From an uncultured Gammaproteobacteria bacterium (GTDB lineage: Bacteria > Patescibacteriota > Microgenomatia > UBA8517): DNA of 64,000 bases. A program made the position numbers and the translations under genes. The notes below the pieces were generated by a model. The model ran no database searches. It had not been told where the DNA came from and saw nothing but the letters and a program-made list of their open reading frames with translations. Below, piece by piece: positions 28,611 through 35,567 of the stretch (positions within the stretch are counted from its first letter, which is position 1; the number at the start of each line of letters is the position of its first letter). The stretch is taken from contig CAZBTH010000003.1 in the NCBI GenBank assembly GCA_964494885.1, positions 5,983 to 69,982 of the forward strand. Direction: 5' to 3'.

Positions 28611-29708
28611 TTAATCAGGCTTGGCATATTCGCTAATTACTTTCTCAAATATTTTTGCACACTTTTCGACCTTATCAGAATAACAATATTCATTCGCCTT
28701 ATGCATCTGTGTTATCTCCCCCGGACCGAATATTACTGTCGGAATTCCAATTTGCGTAAAAAACGGCATGTCAGTAGACCCCGGGAATGCCACCAGTTTT
28801 GCCTTTGAAACGTTTTTGACAATTTTGGCGATATCTTCGCCGCTTTCCGTAAACCCAAAGCTAACCGGCGGATAAAGGTACTCAACTTTACCAATTCTGC
28901 CTACAGATTTTTTTACAGCCTCAAAAGCAGTTTCATGTATTTCCGGAATGGTTCTAATATCGAATGTTGCGGAGCACGCATCCGGAAATTTATTTGGGGC
29001 TATTTCAGTTCCAGCCATGATAGAGGTGGCAAGGCTAATTGTAGGAAATCCTAAAATCTTATTCTTGTATTTCTTTTTCCACTCGGCACCCAAGTTATCT
29101 ATTCTTGATATCAATTTAAACATTCTTAGAACTGCATGATCAGATTTCTTAATTGGCTTGCTCCCATGCCCCGAGTCCCCCGTCGTAATCACTTTTATAA
29201 ACAAATTTCCTTTATGCGCGACACCGATTAACCCTAATCCTGTTGGTTCACAGACAATTGCTGATACTTTTTTATATACTTTTAGATGCTTTGTTGCCAA
29301 CCACTCAACTGTATCATTTGTCCCGTGACCATCCACTTCTTCCCCCACTGTAAACGTGAGAATTACATCACACTCCGGTTTTTTGACAGAAAATTCTTTT
29401 GCCAAAAGCATAAGTACCGCGACCGAAGCTTTATTATCGCTTGATCCAAGACCAAATATCTTGCCGTCTTTTCCGATTCCACCAAAAGGATCGTGTTGCC
29501 ATAGATCAATATCTCCCGGGCTTACCGTATCTACATGAGAATTAAATATCAGGCATTTTTTACTGTTTGACCCTTTTACGGCCGCAACCACATTACCTTT
29601 AATATTTATGGTTTTAAGTCCACAAGAGGTCAAGAAATCATAAATATATCCGATGATCTCCTTTTCCTCACCTGTCACAGAATTTATTTGTATTAACTTT
29701 TTTAACAT
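28611..29708 (-). CDS. M20 family deacylase (ArgE/DapE-like)
   Basis: NSHVDTV, GLGSSDNK, EE, CEPT and GPG...H motifs. Confidence 0.9.
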   Translation of the reverse strand: MLKKLIQINSVTGEEKEIIGYIYDFLTSCGLKTINIKGNVVAAVKGSNSKKCLIFNSHVDTVSPGDIDLWQHDPFGGIGKDGKIFGLGSSDNKASVAVLMLLAKEFSVKKPECDVILTFTVGEEVDGHGTNDTVEWLATKHLKVYKKVSAIVCEPTGLGLIGVAHKGNLFIKVITTGDSGHGSKPIKKSDHAVLRMFKLISRIDNLGAEWKKKYKNKILGFPTISLATSIMAGTEIAPNKFPDACSATFDIRTIPEIHETAFEAVKKSVGRIGKVEYLYPPVSFGFTESGEDIAKIVKNVSKAKLVAFPGSTDMPFFTQIGIPTVIFGPGEITQMHKANEYCYSDKVEKCAKIFEKVISEYAKPD

Positions 29709-30181
29709 TATTTGATGATAACCGGTGTGTCACAGCACACCTTTCCGGCTTTTTTAGCCTCTATAAACATCGGGCAGTTGACGCACTCACCCCAAACCTC
29801 CTTTGGCAACAAATCGGGATCTGTTAATATTTCTACTCCATTGTCCAAAAATATCTTTAAACTTTTTTCGTTACATAAAGCAAAAAGTTTAGCTTCTGGA
29901 AAAATCAATTTGGCCGCCGAAATTAGATCTTTGACCACTTTGTGTCCCAATCCGTGTTCTCTTTTGACCGGATCCACAATCACCGCCCCAAGTTCTTTCC
30001 AGCCATCTGGCCAATCAAATGTTATGGCTCCAAATCCGGCCACTTCCCCATCGCCATTTAAGACAACGATACCCCTTCCCTCTTCCAGAAATTTAAAAAT
30101 TTCTTCGGGACTTTTGGGTAGCATTGACCCCGACTCTTTAGTCCAATCTGATATTTTTATTGACACGTTTTCTCTTTCCAT
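29708..30181 (-). CDS. GNAT acetyltransferase, short ArgA-like
   Basis: MLPK, ELGAVIVDP...GLG and the LPKEVWGECVNCP tail typical of short N-acetylglutamate synthases. Confidence 0.75.
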   Translation of the reverse strand: MERENVSIKISDWTKESGSMLPKSPEEIFKFLEEGRGIVVLNGDGEVAGFGAITFDWPDGWKELGAVIVDPVKREHGLGHKVVKDLISAAKLIFPEAKLFALCNEKSLKIFLDNGVEILTDPDLLPKEVWGECVNCPMFIEAKKAGKVCCDTPVIIK

Positions 30182-30219
30182 GTGCGCCCGGCGGGAATCG
30201 AACCCACAACCACGGGCGC
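30182..30219 (-). ncRNA. tRNA-Arg-like minihelix (acceptor stem and T arm only)
   Basis: GCGCCCG-UGGUU-GUGGG-UUCGAUU-CCCGC-CGGGCGC-AC followed directly by AUG. Confidence 0.7.
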
Positions 30220-30397
30220 AAGCTAGACTACGTTCTTTATTCCCCTTGGAACGTAGTCTCTTTTTGGACTTATTTTGTTATGCAAAAGGTATATCTTGCT
30301 CCAGTTACACAAACAACTTTGTTGTCATTTGTGTTTTTATTACAACCTACAAGTAATAGCGACACCAAGGTCAAACAGGTAAGCAACTTCCTGATTT

Positions 30398-30637
30398 TCA
30401 TCGTCCACCTCGACTGTCAAAAGGGCTTGATTTTGGTGCATCCCCGGGCGGCTCCGGCGGATCATCGTCTACGAGAAGCGACCCAACGAACAGCAATATC
30501 GCTCCGATAGAAAATCCGTCCATCATGCCGGTTAATATTGGATGTGGCGGCCAGACACCCTCTTTGAACGCAAAAATTGCAATGAGCAGACTAAACCCAA
30601 GCAATATTGTGCCCAAATAACGAAATAACTTTTTCAT
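30398..30637 (-). CDS. Small two-TM protein
   Basis: AAGGAG SD before ATG 30637 (MKKLFRYL). Confidence 0.65.
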   Translation of the reverse strand: MKKLFRYLGTILLGFSLLIAIFAFKEGVWPPHPILTGMMDGFSIGAILLFVGSLLVDDDPPEPPGDAPKSSPFDSRGGR

Positions 30638-30737
30638 CGTATACTCCTTTTTTACGTTTTTTATGTTTACGTTTTTTATGTGCAACTTTGGGCCACAAAC
30701 CCTCCTTCGCGCAAGGCTTCGGAAGGGTCGCTAACGC

Positions 30738-31062
30738 AAAAAGCCCCGTTAGCGTCCGAGAAATAAATCTCAGAAACTAAAGGGGCTCTTCACTTACGGC
30801 TAGAGGGCGGCTTGCCACTCCGTAGCCTTGGCGAAGGGTGGTACCACCCTTGTTCAATTATCCTTAAAACCATCCAACTCCGCACGAGGCTTCGTTGGAC
30901 AAAGAAAAACCGCGTTGTACGCGGTTAATTCAAACTTAAAGGACAATCCTTATTATTTGAGTTCTCCGTTTGACGACAAACTCTAGCTTGCTTTTACGGT
31001 AAGCTCCCGTCAGACATTTTGGTCTGCTGCTCGCAAGGCGCGAACTTGCTATGACGCATTTA
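30738..31062 (-). promoter_or_regulatory. T-box riboswitch leader, probably Arg
   Basis: AACAAGGGUGGUACC (30840-30854) can pair with CCCUU in the 5' arm of a terminator (gccccttt...ggggc plus U-run, 30738-30787); TTGACA-16-TACAAT at 31077-31104; lies upstream of argS. Confidence 0.72.
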
Positions 31063-31224
31063 TTAGACTGGAGGTAATTGTATAATATTTGGACAAATTG
31101 TCAACCATCAATTGCCACCTATAGGATTGACTATTAGGCAAAAATGTCCTATAATTAGAACTTCCCGTTAGTGCACGTTTAAAAAAACCAACCCTATCCC
31201 GCAATTTCAAGTTTTGGAGGATCT

Positions 31225-31638
31225 ATGAAGAAAAATAAGTTGTTTCAGGCGATTGCCTCGATCTTGATATTGATTTTACTGGTCGCCTGCTCCGTGGAGC
31301 AATCCGAGACAGCACGCGCACCAACTGCCATTGCTGTTCCAGAACCCATATATTATGGGGACTTAACTTTAGACATAACCTGGGTACAGGAAAACAATGC
31401 GATCCACATCGTAGCGCACATGTTTCCACCGGCTGGATTCACGGCAAAACCGCAAGCACTCACAGTTTTGAACAGTGAACTTTTGCCGATTTTTTCGGCA
31501 ACTCTCAGCAACATAGGTTTCGACGAAACGAAATACATCACCCCCCAGACTCTGGCAGTCTATTTGGGTGAGAACGGTCCAATTTTTATTGAAGGGTATG
31601 GGGTTTACCATTACAATTTTACGGTAGCATACCCGTAA
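31225..31638 (+). CDS. Putative lipoprotein
   Basis: GGAGG SD; signal peptide ending in the lipobox LVAC. Confidence 0.75.
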   Translation: MKKNKLFQAIASILILILLVACSVEQSETARAPTAIAVPEPIYYGDLTLDITWVQENNAIHIVAHMFPPAGFTAKPQALTVLNSELLPIFSATLSNIGFDETKYITPQTLAVYLGENGPIFIEGYGVYHYNFTVAYP

Positions 31639-31644
31639 GCAAAA

Positions 31645-31687
31645 CCGGATCAGTGTTATTTTTATTTCGCTTTTAACACTGATCCGG
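31645..31687. terminator. Perfect 14-bp hairpin
   Basis: ccggatcagtgtta / taacactgatccgg. Confidence 0.6.
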
Positions 31688-31745
31688 AAAGTTTCTTCAT
31701 TCCGCAATTTGATTTCACCCCTATTTTCGGATACAATTCCCCCAC

Positions 31746-32765
31746 ATGTCAAATGAAAGATTGGGCAGGCTAATATCAAATATACCTAATCCCACAAATG
31801 CCGAACTAGCCGAATTAGAAGCAAGGTATATTAAAAATTATCATTTTGATTACTCCGCAATCAAAAAAATAGACATCGACGACTTGTTGGACCTCCATAT
31901 CGCAGATATCCCCGAAGTCAAGTTAAACAGCTTGGAAGAAGATATCGCTCTGGCCAAACGCATTGAGAATGGAGGGGATGATGCCCAAGAGGCCCGTGAA
32001 GCCCTTTTTTACTCTGTTGTTTACATGGTAATCTCGGAAGCCTCCAAAAAAACAAAAGACAAACAAGAAATGATGGATCTAGTTCAAGAAGGAAATTTGA
32101 TTCTTTGGGAAAAGGCGATAGAAAAGTATGATTGGAGACACGGCTTCAAGTTTTCCACCTACGCAATGTGGTGGATCAGAAGCGCTCAATCCAGATATTT
32201 GAGTAGGAACTCTCGACCGTATAGGGTGCCAGAAAAGGTGATTCTTGATTCCAAAATAGTGGTGAGAACCTTCGACCGTCTTTCTGATGAGAACCAACAC
32301 AAACCCACCCTTAAAGACATCTCTGAAGTTACAGGAATAAAACCAGACAAGGCTCGAGAACTTTTTGATTTTGCAAAACAAAAATATGTTTCCCTCTCTT
32401 CACCCACGAACAAACGCGACGACATGGAAGTTGAGGAAACAGCAGAGGACCATAAATCATTACACGGCATAGCCCTGGAAGACAGCATTGACGAAAAAAA
32501 CCACATTGAGTTTGTAAAATCAAAGATAGTGGAAGAATTATCACACCTCATTCCAAGACAAAGAGAAGTTCTAAAGTTCAGGCTTGGAATTGGCAATCAA
32601 AACATATGGAATGGGGATTATATGCCATTCGAAAAAATCGGAAAAATCATGGGGGGTATTACAAGGGAAAGGGTTAGACAAATACAAAGAGATGGACTGA
32701 GAAATATTAAAGACAGAAAGATTCACAACCTCTTGATAACAATTTTATCTTCCAGCAAAATTTGA
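31746..32765 (+). CDS. RpoD/RpoS-like sigma-70 factor, divergent
   Basis: DLVQEGN, GFKFSTYAMWWIR and ITRERVRQI motifs. Confidence 0.92.
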   Translation: MSNERLGRLISNIPNPTNAELAELEARYIKNYHFDYSAIKKIDIDDLLDLHIADIPEVKLNSLEEDIALAKRIENGGDDAQEAREALFYSVVYMVISEASKKTKDKQEMMDLVQEGNLILWEKAIEKYDWRHGFKFSTYAMWWIRSAQSRYLSRNSRPYRVPEKVILDSKIVVRTFDRLSDENQHKPTLKDISEVTGIKPDKARELFDFAKQKYVSLSSPTNKRDDMEVEETAEDHKSLHGIALEDSIDEKNHIEFVKSKIVEELSHLIPRQREVLKFRLGIGNQNIWNGDYMPFEKIGKIMGGITRERVRQIQRDGLRNIKDRKIHNLLITILSSSKI

Positions 32766-33608
32766 TTTTGAACGCAGGGTCGGCAACCAATATTTATTTC
32801 CATCCGTAACAAACTCCACATCTCCAATTTCATCGGTTCTCAAAACTTTTACATTGTATTTACCTAATAAGTCCAATATCTCTTTATGTGGGTGGCCATA
32901 AACATTGTTCTTCCCGTTACTAATTACCGCAACTTGTGGATTTAGAGCTTTTACAAGCATTTCAGACAAACCATTCTTGCTTCCATGGTGATTCACTTTG
33001 AGATAGTTAACCCCTTCGACTTCGCTCAGGGCTGATAGTCCATCACTAATTTTGTTTTCAACATCTGCTGTAAAAATAGCTTTAAATTGATCGTATTTAA
33101 GAAGTGTAACGATCCCCATGTCATTTGTGTTACCTGTTTCGGAGTTGCCCGAAAGGTTAAGTATATCTAACTGTATCGGACCCACCCTGATGATTTGCCC
33201 CATGTATGGTCTTATAACGTTCACCCCACTACCCCCCACCGCTTTCTCTAGCACTTGGTAATCCAGATTGCCAGAATCAATGTCATTATATAAATAATTG
33301 TCCAACTTATACCTTTTGAAAACTTCTATTAGTCCATAATAGTGATCCTTCTGCGGATGAGTTGAAATTACGAGTTCTATGCCCCGATCCCAAAAGGGAA
33401 CATGTTTACTCAAACATTCCAAAACCTTATTATTCGGCCCACCATCGGTTAAAATTTGAATATTTTTATAAACCACAAGAATTGCGTCTCCCTGACCAAC
33501 ATCGCAAGCAATGATATGAAGGTTTTCATCCGGTACTTGAAAAATGGCGATAAACAACAAAGAAAGTACAAGTGATAATAAAATAAATGTGTATTTCCAG
33601 ACCTTCAC
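32745..33608 (-). CDS. ComEC-type metallo-beta-lactamase domain protein
   Basis: DVGQGDA, THPQKDH, HHGS and YGHP motifs. Confidence 0.92.
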   Translation of the reverse strand: MKVWKYTFILLSLVLSLLFIAIFQVPDENLHIIACDVGQGDAILVVYKNIQILTDGGPNNKVLECLSKHVPFWDRGIELVISTHPQKDHYYGLIEVFKRYKLDNYLYNDIDSGNLDYQVLEKAVGGSGVNVIRPYMGQIIRVGPIQLDILNLSGNSETGNTNDMGIVTLLKYDQFKAIFTADVENKISDGLSALSEVEGVNYLKVNHHGSKNGLSEMLVKALNPQVAVISNGKNNVYGHPHKEILDLLGKYNVKVLRTDEIGDVEFVTDGNKYWLPTLRSKSNFAGR

Positions 33609-33609
33609 A

Positions 33610-33705
33610 ATATTAAAAATTAAATATAAAAATGTAAAAATACAAATAAAAATTTAAAATCTTTGATGTTTTATATGTCATTTTGATTTTTAATATTTGA
33701 TTTTT
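33610..33705. repeat. Inverted A-rich/T-rich heptamer arrays between com genes
   Basis: aaaaattaaatataaaaatgtaaaa ... ttttgatttttaatatttgattttt. Confidence 0.7.
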
Positions 33706-34772
33706 TATTTTGCAAACAGTTTCACTGTTTGCGCAAACCACCACAGCATAGGATAACCCAAATAAAGTATAAGCTTTCCCAAGCTAGGCATAATTAATCC
33801 GATAATCCCCCCAACGCTCCCCAAAATCATAATATAGGGAATTGTCCAAAGAACTAGGGCGTTGATCAAGGGAGACCATATATTAAACTGTCCAAATGTA
33901 ACAAACAGTATCGGTGCTACCCCAATTTGAGCCGCTAAAGACGTGGAAAGTCCTTCTCTAAGAAACTTGGGTATCTTAAGCAATTTAGAATGAATTCTTT
34001 TTTCAAAAAGTACAAGCGAGGCCGTAGAAACAAAAGACAGTATAAAACCGATATCGATAATCCAATTGGGATTATAAATAAGCATTACTCCTGCGGTAAG
34101 GAACAAAACACGCATGGTTGACACGATCCGACCTATTCCCTGCCCCAGAAAAATGACTGACGACATAATGGCCGCCCGCACGAGTGGTGCATCAAAACCC
34201 GACACAAAGAGATACAAAATAATACCTAACATAGCAAACACTATCGCTTTTTTTCTGGTTAAATACAATGTAAGAATTCCCATCAAAAAAGATACAACGA
34301 AAGTTACGTTGGTTCCTGATGCAACCACAACATGGGCCACTCCCGCAAGTTTTGTCTGATTATAAAAATCCGGTGAAAGCGCCCCTTTGGCCCCGATTAC
34401 GATTCCCGACAAAAGTCCCCCTTCCGGTTCGGGTAAAACTTTCTGATAAAAAGAAATTATGTTGTTTCGAAATAATGACGTATAACTTTTTGACGGATTA
34501 ATTTTCATTAATTTTGGGTCCTCTAATTTTCCACTGCCAACGGTTCCCTCAACAACAATTTTGTCGCCGTATGAAATTTCCGGGAAAAGCGGAAGATAGG
34601 TTCTAAGTTCCGCAACTTTTAAATATTGAGAGGTGGAATAACGGATGGGGTCGGAAAAAACTGTTGTAGTTATACGGACACGGTCACCATTGTGGTAATT
34701 TGGTAAAGTAAAATAATATCTTACCCCAATCAGCACTATCAGAAAAATAAAAATTGTCAAATTCCGTTTCAT
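33705..34772 (-). CDS. comEC: ComEC/Rec2 competence membrane domain
   Basis: GVAHVVVASGTN, RAAIM and GFILSF motifs. Confidence 0.9.
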   Translation of the reverse strand: MKRNLTIFIFLIVLIGVRYYFTLPNYHNGDRVRITTTVFSDPIRYSTSQYLKVAELRTYLPLFPEISYGDKIVVEGTVGSGKLEDPKLMKINPSKSYTSLFRNNIISFYQKVLPEPEGGLLSGIVIGAKGALSPDFYNQTKLAGVAHVVVASGTNVTFVVSFLMGILTLYLTRKKAIVFAMLGIILYLFVSGFDAPLVRAAIMSSVIFLGQGIGRIVSTMRVLFLTAGVMLIYNPNWIIDIGFILSFVSTASLVLFEKRIHSKLLKIPKFLREGLSTSLAAQIGVAPILFVTFGQFNIWSPLINALVLWTIPYIMILGSVGGIIGLIMPSLGKLILYLGYPMLWWFAQTVKLFAK

Positions 34773-34863
34773 AATTCAAAAATAAAAAATAAAAATGTAA
34801 AATGGCAATGGAAAATTTAAAATTTCGATATGTCATTTTGATATTTAATATTTGATATTTTAT
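34773..34863. repeat. Inverted heptamer arrays, same family as 33610-33705
   Basis: aaaaataaaaaataaaaatgtaaaa ... atatgtcattttgatatttaatatttgatatttt. Confidence 0.7.
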
Positions 34864-35493
34864 TTAATATACACTTACCAAATCTTTTATCTTGTTATAC
34901 GCAGAACTCTTCAAAACACCTTTTGACAGCAATTCTTCAACGTTTGAGTACGGTCTGTGTTCAATTATGTTTTGGCCATAAACTTGGCCAATTCCAGGCA
35001 ATGAGTCGAGCTCCTGAAGGGTCGCTGTATTGATATTGACAAGGGGGCCCCTTGTCACCCCTAAAACGGGTTGATCTACTTTGATATCATCATAAGTTTT
35101 AGCAGTCAAGTTGTCTGACTGCTGATTGGCGTTGGGTATATACACCTTTTGTCCGTCTGTTAATTTTGCCGCGCGGTTTAGATATTTATCCGTCCAAACT
35201 CTGTCCGCGTTAACCGAAAACCCGCCGGAAACAACCAAAAGATCCTCAACGCGACTACCACCGGAAAGTTTATAAACACCCGGTTTAACTACTTCTCCAG
35301 CAATTTCCACTGTTAAGTCCTGACGAATGTCGAAACCTTCGTTATTATCAAGAATTTCAACCTTTGTTGATGGAGACGCCAGTCCACTTTTAAAAAAGAA
35401 AATCCCCGCGCCGGTAGCGATCAACCCCCCGAGAAGTATTAAAAGAGGATAACGAAAACGGTTTAACATTTCATCTATATTGAAGCTGTGCAT
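34864..35493 (-). CDS. comEA: ComEA DNA receptor (SLBB and HhH)
   Basis: GEVVKPGVY, LNRAAKLTDG and VNINTAT...LPGIG. Confidence 0.93.
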   Translation of the reverse strand: MHSFNIDEMLNRFRYPLLILLGGLIATGAGIFFFKSGLASPSTKVEILDNNEGFDIRQDLTVEIAGEVVKPGVYKLSGGSRVEDLLVVSGGFSVNADRVWTDKYLNRAAKLTDGQKVYIPNANQQSDNLTAKTYDDIKVDQPVLGVTRGPLVNINTATLQELDSLPGIGQVYGQNIIEHRPYSNVEELLSKGVLKSSAYNKIKDLVSVY

Positions 35494-35567
35494 TACTAAA
35501 CTATACTACGAAATTAATTACTTTTCCCGGAACCACACTTCGTCAAAACTTCGCGGGGCAAGTAATA

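Noticed and set aside
2685-28611. Diversity-generating retroelement suggested by Avd-like genes
   Set aside because: No reverse transcriptase and no TR/VR pair differing at adenines was seen.
30182-30219. Complete tRNA or tmRNA
   Set aside because: No D or anticodon arm, no encoded CCA, no G3-U70 pair and no tag reading frame.
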